Source of the DNA: a virus
Lineage: Duplodnaviria > Caudoviricetes
IMG/VR virus record: IMGVR_UViG_3300035670_000255
Coordinates: 1-56,702 of that record
Length of the DNA: 56,702 nt
Direction: 5' to 3' (one strand)
The position numbers and the translations under genes were made by a program. Below the pieces are notes generated by a model. The model had not been told where the DNA came from, ran no database searches, and saw only the letters and a program-made list of their open reading frames with translations. Shown here piece after piece: positions 37,901 to 46,800 of the stretch (position 1 is its first letter; each line of letters begins with the position of its first letter).

Positions 37901-40900
37901 CCTCGCGAGTAGAGAACTGGTACTTGTTAAGGGCGCTACGAACAAGTGCACCCTTGTCAATACGGACAGCCTTACCTGCTGCAAAACTGTTGCGCATCTC
38001 GGTAAGGAAGTCAAGTAGCTCCTTCTTGTTTTGGATTCGCTTGGTTACACCGAGAAAGTTCAAGATTCTGTTAATCAGATTCTTAACTCTGTCCATAAAC
38101 GATGGACTCTGGTCGAGCAAGTCAAACAGCTCTGGGTCAGAGAACTGAGCAGCAAACTCAGTTACAATTTCCTTAGCGTCACCACTCTTTAGAACCACAC
38201 GCATACGACGCATAGCCGCAGTACGGGCAAGAGCGTCAGGAGCAGTCTCAACAAGTTTGCGAATCTCATTGGTGAGTCTGTTAGCAAACAGAGTATCCTT
38301 AGCCACCAACGCATCTACGATTGGGTGGATGATTTCGTGACGAATTACACGGAACTCGTTCTTGCTAATCTCCTTATCGGTAGTAGGCTCAATGAGTACG
38401 TGGATTTCGTTATTAGCCGCATCGTAGTAGCCCTCAATGTCTCCAGTGCGCTGCTCCTCAGCAAGAGTGCTGTCAATAGACTCCTGAGTGTAGTGCGCTA
38501 CGAACTTTACGTCTGGTGCCACATTAAACAATACGCTCAGGTATCGGTCAATGACATTAGCTGTCTTTGGCGACACACCTTTGAGCTTAGCTCCAATTGC
38601 AGCAACCTCGAGGTCTTTCTTCGCGTCTGCCTCATCTCTAGTGAGTTGCGTTGGCTTTGTCTCTGGTTTAACTGGGCGCTTCTTGGGCTCAACCTTGCGC
38701 TTCTTCTCTACACGGCGAGTAACAGATTCATATGCCTGCTCGAAGTCGTACTGAGGCACATCTCCAAGCTGTTCAATCTGTCCCTGAATAGCAATATCAA
38801 GAGCGAGGTTAGCATCTTCAGCCGTCTCACGAAGCTTAGATATCTTAGCCAGCTCTTCCGTGCGGTTAAGGATAACGAATGTCTGAGGAGAAACATCCTG
38901 ACCAAGCGGAGTACGCTTGCGAACACGTACACCCATAATGCGGCCATTGTCGTCAAAAATTGACTCAACGTACTCAACATCAGATGTTCTAGGGAATGCA
39001 TCTACAACCCTGCGTTGCTCAATACGAACAACACCATCTCCCCAAGTCTCTCCTTTGTTTTGTGCAATCTCCTCTGGTGCAGCACGTCTATATGTTACAA
39101 CATCTACGTTGCCATCGGGTTGTACCTCAAGGAAAGAAAGAGCACCATAGCGCTCGTCTCCTACTCGGACGGGAGCAAACTGGAGTCGCTCTTGGAGGGG
39201 GAGTTTGTCCACCCTTTCTGCTTTTGGACGTTCAACTCTTTTAGGAGCTCCAACTGGGACTCTTTCGGTAACGTCTTCAGCAATAATCTCTGTTTTGTTG
39301 TCATAGTAGTCAATTTCATCAAAAAGTTCGGTAAGTAGTTCGGTAGCTGCATCACGTTCAGCACCTTCAGGCATAGAATCCAATCGGCCAATAGCCTCAA
39401 GAATCTGTTCTTGTGCAGCATCAGCATCTTTAATATCTACAAAGTTGCCTTCCTGCATTTGCTGGAATATGGGCAACTCAGCGATTTGAGATACCTCTGC
39501 TTCGTAGTTGGTGGTTACTTCTTCAACCCCTTCTTCGACAGGTACTTGAAGAACTCCACCTGCTTCAGGCGCTTCTGTGCCTGCTCCTTCGATAGGTTGG
39601 GCTTCGACAACGGTTTCCCCTTGGACGACACCACTTGGTACCCCTGCTTCTTGCGTAGTATCATAGCGTTGAGATATTGTTTTGATTTGGTTGTACGTGT
39701 CCATCATCTTGGACGCGAGAATGTCTTTAGCTGTCTCGTCTTCTGAGGCAAGGCGCTGCTGTGCCATATCCTCAAGCTCCAAGCTCAAAGCGTAGGTCGT
39801 AGCTCTATCCTCTGGAGTCATTGACTCGAAGTACTGGACGCTTGACTTCATCTCACCATTGCGACGCTTGGTGAGCTCTAAGATGTCATTAGCAATAACT
39901 TGTCTGTCAGCAGCTGTGGGAGCCTGTAACAGCTCTTCTTTGCGCTTCTTGATGGCGGCATCAATCTTCTTTACCTCGAAGTTTCTACCCATCTTGTTAG
40001 CCAAGACAATGGGGACCTCAACAGCAACAGTGGGGGCTGTCAATACTCCAGCCATACCTACACCAGCAGCAGCAGAACGGATAAATGCATCAAGCGCACC
40101 ATCAAGACTTACGTCTGTTCCTTGAGCAACAGCATCGTTTACGTACTGAGTTACGCCAGTGATACCTTCACCGATAGCGTTCTCTGATACGTTGAGTGTT
40201 CCGTTGTAAACAAGGCCTTTAAAGTACTGAGAAAGAGCCTTTTGTGACGCTTCTTTTGTCGCGCTGACAGCAAGGCCACGCAAAGCTCTTGTTGCAGCGC
40301 GAGCTCCAGCAAGTTCACCAACGCCCTCAGCTAGTCCAGATATGCCAACATAGCCGAGTTGTCCCATTGGTTCAAGTTTCTTAAACCACTCTTCGTCCTT
40401 GACCTCGCCATATACCTGAGCCGCAGACAAAGAAGACAGCATTGCAAGTCCAGCCATTGGATTCTGAAGAGACGCTGGACCAGCTGCAAGCATAATCGGG
40501 GCGCTCTCAGCAGTAGTATTTAATGCAATGCGAGCAGCGTTAGAAAACTCAGAATCTTTAAGTGAATCAAAAAAGTCCTGCTCAAACTGAGTCGTATTCC
40601 TACGCATCTCATCGTCAAACAATGCATCAGAGATTTCATAAGGAATTCCAAACTGGTCAACTTCAATGCCTACAACAGATTGTAAGCCTCTAATAATACC
40701 GCGACCGCCTCTTGCAAGAGCAGCAGCTGCATCGAGGGCAAAGTTTTGGTCATTGAATCGCTTGTCTCCAGACAAGTCCATACCAACGCCTTCATTAAGC
40801 CAGAGGTCTGTCTCTAGCTTCTTTAGGTACTCTTTATCTTGACGCTTGTCTTCTGGAACGGCCTCAAGGATAGTGCCTTTTATAGACTGCTGTAGCTCGT

Positions 40901-41489
40901 TCCAAATCTTTTCATTCTCAGCTCTCTTGTTTAAGTTTAGCTCTCTATTTTTAGATTTTTCGAGCTCATACTGAAGATATGGCGCATTACCTTGAGCCTG
41001 CCGAAGAGCCTGAATTCTTTCAGTTTCAGCAATTTCTCTTGGGGTGATAGCAGGAGTTATCCTTTTAGCTCTGCTATCTACAATGGCTTTGAATATGTTT
41101 TCAACCTGAGGTTGTTCCTCAACTTGACTCTCTGTAATGTCGCCTTTGGCTATCGCATCATCAACGATAGAACGGGCAGCATTGTTATAGATTGACTGCT
41201 TGTCTAAGCCAAGACTACGTGCTTCACTTTGAGGCTTTAAAGGCTGACGTGAAGGTGTAACTTTTGCCGAAGGCTCGGAAGGTAACTGAGAAACCGTAGA
41301 TTCCTGCTTGGCCAGTGAAGGCTCTTGTGGAGATACGGCCTGCTCTTTTTTTTTTACTCCGTACTTCTTCTTGAAGTCGTTTACGACAAACTGAATGGCT
41401 TCTTCTGACTCTTTGTTAAACGACATTCGTTGTACAATGCCGTCAAGCTTAGCTCTGTCTTTTTCGGATAAAATGAGTTCGTCCTCCAT
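31977..41489 (-). CDS. Giant internal virion/ejection (polyvalent) protein
   Basis: 3170 aa, third gene after the tail nozzle; A/G-rich N-terminal region, GYYD...IRHEIIHP zincin-like motif, LPD38-like C-terminal region. Confidence 0.75.
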   Translation of the reverse strand: MEDELILSEKDRAKLDGIVQRMSFNKESEEAIQFVVNDFKKKYGVKKKEQAVSPQEPSLAKQESTVSQLPSEPSAKVTPSRQPLKPQSEARSLGLDKQSIYNNAARSIVDDAIAKGDITESQVEEQPQVENIFKAIVDSRAKRITPAITPREIAETERIQALRQAQGNAPYLQYELEKSKNRELNLNKRAENEKIWNELQQSIKGTILEAVPEDKRQDKEYLKKLETDLWLNEGVGMDLSGDKRFNDQNFALDAAAALARGGRGIIRGLQSVVGIEVDQFGIPYEISDALFDDEMRRNTTQFEQDFFDSLKDSEFSNAARIALNTTAESAPIMLAAGPASLQNPMAGLAMLSSLSAAQVYGEVKDEEWFKKLEPMGQLGYVGISGLAEGVGELAGARAATRALRGLAVSATKEASQKALSQYFKGLVYNGTLNVSENAIGEGITGVTQYVNDAVAQGTDVSLDGALDAFIRSAAAGVGMAGVLTAPTVAVEVPIVLANKMGRNFEVKKIDAAIKKRKEELLQAPTAADRQVIANDILELTKRRNGEMKSSVQYFESMTPEDRATTYALSLELEDMAQQRLASEDETAKDILASKMMDTYNQIKTISQRYDTTQEAGVPSGVVQGETVVEAQPIEGAGTEAPEAGGVLQVPVEEGVEEVTTNYEAEVSQIAELPIFQQMQEGNFVDIKDADAAQEQILEAIGRLDSMPEGAERDAATELLTELFDEIDYYDNKTEIIAEDVTERVPVGAPKRVERPKAERVDKLPLQERLQFAPVRVGDERYGALSFLEVQPDGNVDVVTYRRAAPEEIAQNKGETWGDGVVRIEQRRVVDAFPRTSDVEYVESIFDDNGRIMGVRVRKRTPLGQDVSPQTFVILNRTEELAKISKLRETAEDANLALDIAIQGQIEQLGDVPQYDFEQAYESVTRRVEKKRKVEPKKRPVKPETKPTQLTRDEADAKKDLEVAAIGAKLKGVSPKTANVIDRYLSVLFNVAPDVKFVAHYTQESIDSTLAEEQRTGDIEGYYDAANNEIHVLIEPTTDKEISKNEFRVIRHEIIHPIVDALVAKDTLFANRLTNEIRKLVETAPDALARTAAMRRMRVVLKSGDAKEIVTEFAAQFSDPELFDLLDQSPSFMDRVKNLINRILNFLGVTKRIQNKKELLDFLTEMRNSFAAGKAVRIDKGALVRSALNKYQFSTREEKQNIIRRFMSEDAEVRVDINEDIVPAAEIKNLNPALSNVLPLIEKLSVKMKLPFVVVNDKKFNYASKVGFFNFPDLRTGTITDQMMPVDAVEGFRKKGYNIPKDLKSDKYIVINAAARNVDQSIYGYSAVFIEMLKENSADAFNTIMSSIVRGKSGSDPIVNMAIDEYQQMLDIAQAEGLFGKTKGKKVYETVDLNDKEIRESLAYTALADAFQTYIRDNFDDNLAEINSVKQVVDAAKPELEEQLRPTPLTIQEFTVGSRLDDFANLLKSASEVPAFSDYKAKTIEEAKNNIIASLKAKVDSKENSADAVEMANVMDEQSTVFKTGSITLNPDAILYAKIFHSFLDSKEYTYQAFSSPYNPGGYDGEYGSFEMSIDALNQLKANAINDISLAVRMSNIGILNIKKTESTLKNNPIFGKLVALIPNSEYVDTYIKTERPIVSKLSQELLDKIEADSKEGILYVRKKGDVESATDDSFHKFKVDGGEIVDARTGSPLSEEQDEALAALSENIEMVVGKLAIKTFKDPNYMMDGLADNLFPDFKESLESILDEIGYQPSMPVFKVKPVNGLGGYKVFEAEVSEEVSVDDFFSEPRTVLDDYIKLASNTENNLEKRLKEIESKGAVSIADLEMTIADMGSKVMTDSKLYDRTLSFDYVWQFPKDYMGLDVVPDEFDGGVGIGKQTNLKQKGLKDTYTLNLTYNPTANNITVGYESNVFKYQNVPPYLNAFPVFARTVELIPKIFPDIEYAALEFNAAGENKSHPLYEAFSNKVNEILKAADKDSKEYKTALDIQEKSHKFDERTDGARRIALNNLAYVKKVGREFALKVHDETLVSDHYASLGTLYAIPNKQYEKYIALMDSEGESLEPEEIEQRILQDFGGREVITLPEIEEKADELGMSEDEYVEEFISMFNAYGMRGETIFIPKIFTNLNSPTQFTKSAVQFSKRIKLSPLEESAEDAALEKVAKASYDSDKEYAERMKLFNAVQKGVLSKNAWLDRQADIRDALVDGGLDYVENLMSLRAGAQANATDLFNRAEKKIYKDLSRGEVEALDQIIFMRRVIQIDSNWDKRKETAEVNLDAFEEKMRIDIKAIDELIKGEKSRKSPDKKFISELENDKMNIREQRDKLKEIASDYAERPKHPKGLNGEQAIQAITAMERKLGATQFGKLNMRADAYFTEFRGILKSYEVNGLIDEATYERFSKDDYEPRKFIEKIFEDLDDEVFARAGTGLKQDVLKAIQEGSEGNLLMDSRMLLSLAYKSAEAKRFQNLANAELASEITPDTADFARNANYIELPDGRTATDQYGNARVANADKGFTNVFYKEKGKTRAFQLRNDLVEQWNDTNRSYFGAGSRTKKVLSALSGAPILRIFATGYNITFGFGLVVPESLAVVLARGRVYGKDSFLPIALLKMAKDYATGIYSKATDQDLVRDYFAHGGGMSFMSQEFRPEYRFREKYKNKLEYTLAKRWDKVAKGIAFTGETFEIGIRLAVYSRMIKNLKEQYPDLAKTKDGIEKIKFMAAAEARNIVDFSKGGKLTKDLDAIAPYLNVAFQATMSTFNGIKDNPEKFAAKFFQYATGIMGLVFYNILTYGDDYDDIDPYMRYRYHVILLPTKDENGNRKYIRLKKPQALLPLTVPLEMLAQSWASTINGKPKKFSEDEIRLAWENAADGLPFFVPGIDKSFDLMNRIPVASVIAKSVFNYDSFRNATIVPEYIFGQVKPYAESRASDKVEFFYKAIAKASESEYIPDISAPRLKAGVESIITNPTTNFLVGVAYGVLDLAARAATDVMNVQDVDLSEKQREEKAEDRVARELKGIKENAQKVFVRSTNPNWRDYIKKQGVEREIKLEESTEDFIISEKIKALAKKHKEQGHFDKNGKRYQEELGKILSDVKPEKRERLGRKYFYTIASSDADKSLMSIRFADTQSEAARVFYEKFGKLEPEEFNDVMRDLRGVGFRPNEEFYAVVRKLYTQKEQ

Positions 41490-42814
41490 CAGTAGTCGTA
41501 TTTTGCTCTGAGGTCAGCGGCGTTTACTCCAGCGCCTGCTGCTTCAGTAGCTCGTCCCGAAGATACGGCATTTCCGAATAGGAATTCGTAGGTTCTTGGG
41601 TCGTTTTTACGAACTAAGTACTGCTGAATTGCAGCAATGTCTTGGGCTTCTGCGTTCTTAACTCCAGCATCTGCAGCTATAGCTCCAAACACATTGGAAG
41701 CATCATCCATACTGTCTTTGTATGAAACGTAAATACTACCATCGTCCTTCTTTCCGAACTCTACGATTTGACGTGAGCCAGAATAGATTCCGTCTTGAGC
41801 TTGAAAACCAGTTCCGACTTGAGCTCTGGGTTGTTGAGCAATATTTGTCTGCAGGCCCTTCATTTCGATTTTAGTTCCCCTTGGCGCTTCAAACTGACGC
41901 TCAAAAGGTGCGTGCAACGTTTGCTGTCTCTTGCTGCTAAATCCGAATCCACCGTCTCCATCACGAGATGCGCTTAACTGGTCTTGAAAAACATTGTAAG
42001 GGTTGATTGAATACTCAGGCACCAATAGTCCAGCATACTTCTCTACTTCATTCTGAAACGAAGAAACCCAATCTCCGTAAAGAGGATTATCCATAACTCC
42101 CTCAACTTGAGTCCAGTCCGTAACCTGTCCATTCTCACCAATCTGCCTGCGGCTCAATCCAGTCCATAGAGCTGCGTTCTTCTGAGATTCAGCGTCACGA
42201 AGTCGAGCAGCAGTAGTTTGCTTAATCCAGTTCAACCTGTCCTGCTCGTCGTATTTACCAGTCTTAGGGTCGATAAAGCTGAATTTAGCAGACTCGTCCC
42301 AGTCCTTGCGAATCTGTTGAGACATCTCATAAGGGTTGGTAACCTTGTATTCCATTCTGCGGTCCAATACGAAAGGCTGAGCAGCGCGAGACAGAATATC
42401 ATCACCAGACAAGGCCTCAGTGTTGTACTGAGTGTAAATATCCTTTGCGCTACGACCACCGAGATTAAACTTACTCGGGTCCATCATAGCAGCAGTTGTC
42501 TCCTTCAGTACAGAGTTGGTGTAGGCTGTTCCTGCACCTGCAATCTCAGAGTAGTTCTGGTATGCACGATTCAGCGCAGCACGCTTAGTTGGGCTGTCAC
42601 CCATCTCGAGGTCAATAGACAGCCTCTCTACCTCATCCCAAGCTTTCTGAACCTCAGGACGTACACCATCTAGCAATGCGCCTTGCTTCTTGGTGAACTT
42701 ACCAAGATAGTCGGCCAATTGGTTTTGACGCTCAAGCTCCTGCTGCTTTAGCTGGCGAGCATAGCCAATGAGGTCTGGTGTATTTACTACTACTGGTGCT
42801 GGTGCAATTGCCAT
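41489..42814 (-). CDS. Internal virion/ejection protein
   Basis: Position between tail genes and the giant protein; helical. Confidence 0.6.
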   Translation of the reverse strand: MAIAPAPVVVNTPDLIGYARQLKQQELERQNQLADYLGKFTKKQGALLDGVRPEVQKAWDEVERLSIDLEMGDSPTKRAALNRAYQNYSEIAGAGTAYTNSVLKETTAAMMDPSKFNLGGRSAKDIYTQYNTEALSGDDILSRAAQPFVLDRRMEYKVTNPYEMSQQIRKDWDESAKFSFIDPKTGKYDEQDRLNWIKQTTAARLRDAESQKNAALWTGLSRRQIGENGQVTDWTQVEGVMDNPLYGDWVSSFQNEVEKYAGLLVPEYSINPYNVFQDQLSASRDGDGGFGFSSKRQQTLHAPFERQFEAPRGTKIEMKGLQTNIAQQPRAQVGTGFQAQDGIYSGSRQIVEFGKKDDGSIYVSYKDSMDDASNVFGAIAADAGVKNAEAQDIAAIQQYLVRKNDPRTYEFLFGNAVSSGRATEAAGAGVNAADLRAKYDY

Positions 42815-43803
42815 TACTTCTGCTTATTGAATTTTTTTAACAACTGACGGAAGTAAGTGCTCTCTTTGCTAAGCTTCTTTTGCTGAGCAGGGTTAAGGAT
42901 AACCTCGCCTCCAGTCATCTCTCCAATCTTCTTGCCCTTCTGAACAATATCAATTGGATTTGTCTTGTGGCTGAACTTACCGCCAGTCATCATACCGCCA
43001 TCCTGAAGGAATTCAACCTTATCGCTAATTTGCTCAAACATAGGAAGTTGGAATGCCCTTTGAATCTTACTAGATGGGTCTCTTAAGCTTTCCTTTAGGG
43101 ACTCAAACATCGGAAGTTTTGATTCTGGCGCGCCCATCATAAGAGCTCGGTCAATTCTTCCGCTTTCAACACCCTTAGGCGCTCCAATGTCAGCTAAGCC
43201 TTTAGACCTAACATTTGCAGCAGTTACAGTAGATGTAGGGGTATATGGCTCCTTATTTTTTGACGATGCGCTTGTTAGGTCAACAATACCTTTGCCTACA
43301 GAACCAAGTGCGCCGAATATATTTTGAATTCCAGCAGCTTCAGCAGCGCGAGCTTCTCCAAGTCTTGTTTCATACACATCTCTTTCTCTCCCAAGCGCGC
43401 GTTCTTCGGCACCAGCAAGAGCTCCAGCAGCCTGCATTTCGCGCATAATCTGCTGATTGTAAACATCCTGAGAAGCCTCCTGAGTCTGTTGAGCCAAAGG
43501 CTGAAGCCCAGCAGCAACAGCCTGAGTACCGCCAGTTTGAAGTGCCTGAAGATACGTAGCAGCAGCACGATTGATTTGGTCAATGTTTTGCTGTACAAGT
43601 TCCTGATTCTGAGCGCTTTCGTAAAAATCTTTCCACGCAGAAGGAGTTGCGGTAGAAGGAGCTTTTAGCTTGTTTGCGGCACTCATTCCGCCGAATGTTT
43701 GAAATGCTCCAAGTAGTGATTGAAGTCCAGCTAATCCAGCTTGAGCAGCAATAGCTCCACCAACAGCGTACTTTTTAACTGGTTTTCCTTTTTTAGGCTT
43801 CAT
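42814..43803 (-). CDS. Internal virion/ejection (pilot-like) protein
   Basis: KKYAVGG N-terminus, A/G/Q-rich amphipathic segments, C-terminal GGKFSH..NPI...EMTGGEVILN. Confidence 0.6.
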   Translation of the reverse strand: MKPKKGKPVKKYAVGGAIAAQAGLAGLQSLLGAFQTFGGMSAANKLKAPSTATPSAWKDFYESAQNQELVQQNIDQINRAAATYLQALQTGGTQAVAAGLQPLAQQTQEASQDVYNQQIMREMQAAGALAGAEERALGRERDVYETRLGEARAAEAAGIQNIFGALGSVGKGIVDLTSASSKNKEPYTPTSTVTAANVRSKGLADIGAPKGVESGRIDRALMMGAPESKLPMFESLKESLRDPSSKIQRAFQLPMFEQISDKVEFLQDGGMMTGGKFSHKTNPIDIVQKGKKIGEMTGGEVILNPAQQKKLSKESTYFRQLLKKFNKQK

Positions 43804-43807
43804 AAAG

Positions 43808-43815
43808 CAAAGATA
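43808..43815 (-). promoter_or_regulatory. -7 box (TATCTTTG)
   Basis: Consensus match 4 nt upstream of the ATG at 43803. Confidence 0.55.
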
Positions 43816-43819
43816 TTAT

Positions 43820-46800
43820 TTATTCTTGTCCTAGTTCATTGTGAAGATTGCTCTTCGAGAATATTGCGTTCACCGCATAAAGTTCCACCTCAGAAGTAGA
43901 GTTGTTGCTCAAACGAATCTGAAGGTAGTAGTCTCTCATTTGGTCTCCCTCAATTGCTCCGTTTCCAAGAGCAATGATGGTGTCTCCATTTACTACGCCA
44001 GTCACAGTGGATGAACAGCTAATTGTAGTAGCGTCTGTAATTCCAGTAACAGTGATGCCTAATGACACCAGCGTAGAGCCAGACACCTTATACAGCGCAG
44101 CACCAATCGGGAACGTGACAGCACCAACTGGAGTGGTAAACTCAATGCTCGTGCCACCCACAGCAGCAACAGCACCAAGCACAAACACCTCAGAAGAACC
44201 GCTAAGTTGCGTGATGGTTGGCGAACCAGTGTTAGCGCTAGAGTCGCGTGGAATATAGGCGTAGTAGTAGCGCTCACGCTCTTCAAAATCTGTAGAGGCG
44301 ATAGAAGTAGACTGGTCAGTGTTTGACAAAGAAGCAGCCCAAGCAGCATCACCTTCCAAGCTCATAGCCTCGTAAGCCTTCACCATTGAGTTATTCTGAG
44401 ACGAAATAACCTCTACAACGGAGCCGTACGCAGAGCCGTAGTAGGTAGCTCTGTTCACTGCATCAGAGTGCAGATACATCGTTCCATTCTTGAAGGTGTA
44501 GAGTGCATCATCTACGCACGCAATGGCCTCTGGACGGTAAGAGTACAGCGTATTCCAAACTCCATCGTTAATGTCAAATGCAGCAGTAAAGTCATTGACT
44601 ATTCCAGAAGGAGTTCCAATGGTTCCACTGTATGGTCCGCAGTCATTAGTGAAGTAGAAGTTGCCTTGAGCCAAGTCAAACGCAATCGTCACAAAGAAAG
44701 TATATTTAGAGTTTGTTGCAACTCCGTAGATGACTCCAGTTTGACCAGTGAACTCCTCTCCGATGTATGCTGGCTGTCCGTCAATCAACTTGTCCAAGAA
44801 GACAATGCAGTTTAGACTGTCTTCAAACTCATCGCATAATGTATCAAAGTTACGAATCTCTGTAGAGAACGTAAATAAGTCGTCGTCATCAAACTCTACA
44901 TCAGCAATAACTCTATTGCCAGATGCGTTTGTTTGAACATTGTAATTAAATGTTGAAACGCCATTTGTCACGTCAACCTCAGCAGAGCTGATGATGTCGG
45001 CAGAAAGGATATACTCTTCTGCCTCATTATCTACGCCACCAACAACCTTTTGGCGAGAGGTAAGGGTGGTGATGTAACGGAAGTTCTCCTTGAAGAATGC
45101 ATCCATATTCGCTTCACTTATGAGCGTAATGCCATCACGAGAGATGCGGACAACCTTTCCAGCGCGAACATCAGCGAAGTAAACCCTTCCTCTGTCAAAA
45201 GAAACAGACTCTGGGTTGTTGTTTACTCCGTAATCACCCAAGTAGTAGTTTGGCACGCTAAATACGTTGCGAGATATTGTGATAGCCTCTCCGCCGTCAG
45301 ATGACTCGATTACGTTTCTGCCAACAGCAACATATCCAGCCTTGCGCTCTTGCAGTAAGTACATTCTGTCATCGTCGGCAATCAATTGCTTGAGTGCCCC
45401 ATAGCGGTATTCGAAGTCCTTGAAGTTTGCTAGCGTAGGATTGAATGAAGACAAACCAAGTCTTGCGTTACCAACCAAGTACGGCTCAGAGTATACCACC
45501 GATGATTGGCGGTAGGTAGTCATCGCCTCTGGAATGACAGCGTGAGCACGTCCAATAGAAGTGGACTTGGACGCAAAGAAGTCACTCACTGAGTAGTCCT
45601 CAATGAACAATATCTTGAAGTTGTTGGCATATGCCTCTTGCCCAATCTTAAGCAAGCGAGGACGATAGTAGCTGTCGCCTTGAGAGAACTGAATAACAGC
45701 ATCAGAGCTGTTGGTTATATTCAAAGTGTAGGTTGTGGCAGAGAAGCTTCCAGATATGGTCGCACCATAAAATACATAATTGTACGGACCATTAACCTCT
45801 GGGTATACGTTTTCTACAATTAGCGTACGTCCCGAACCATCAGTTAAAATGTCTCCTTTGTATGCAATAATGTTGGAGTGAACCTCAAGATTGTTTCTAT
45901 CGCTGTCGTCAACAACCTCTACGCTAAAGGGACTAATGGTAGTGCGCTGTCCTTGATGGACTCCGTTTACAACGGGGAATGATTCTCCAATCTCGTAGAA
46001 AATCTGCTCTGAAGTTGGTCTATTTTGTCGGTAAACTTCAATAACACACTCGTTCTTCCAGTTATCTACACCAGTAATGATGCTGTAGTTGTCCCAACCA
46101 GTTAATTCACTTGAGCGAACAGCAATAAACTTACCAGTGGTATTAAAAGTGTTCTCGTCGCTAGTAAGGTCAAGAATTGGGTTGGCATCAATGTCGTCTA
46201 TAAAGTCAAAGTAACCAAGAACCTCTAGGTCAATACTTGAGCGCTGAAGGAATCCATATTGGATAATTCTAACTCTGTCTCCACTTTGAAATGAGTAATC
46301 AATGTCAGCTCCAAATGACTCTCTATATGAATCACTCTTACCCTCTAGTGAGCGAAGAGACAGATAAGTAACCTCCTCAAATGAAGAAATACCAGCAAAC
46401 GGTTTAGCTTGTAAGTTGGTTGCGGTAAACGCTCTAATGATAGAGTATTGGAACCTATTTATGATGCTGTTAATTGGAGCATAAACAGGAGCCCATCGAA
46501 CTGCCCAAGAAGGGGCCGTATGCTTAACTCGGAACACACTATCTACGCGGCCATATAAGCTGTTCTCTACAAAGCGATTGTCGTACCAGTTGACATACAT
46601 ATCTGAAACAGTCTGTACACCACCATTACGGTTAAACTGGTCGTAGTATACGATACCAAAAGAATGGGTAGCTCCAGCCTTGAATGTACCATATCCATCT
46701 ATGTCTCCACGAGTCAAGAGGTTTGAGTCAAACAATACTGGATTGTCTAAATCATCATTAAGAGTTAAGAAGGTAGTATCTCCAGTTCTTGTTATATAAT

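Noticed and set aside
31977-41489. crAss-type virion RNA polymerase
   Set aside because: No DFDxD catalytic motif recognised; host-type promoters precede both early and late operons
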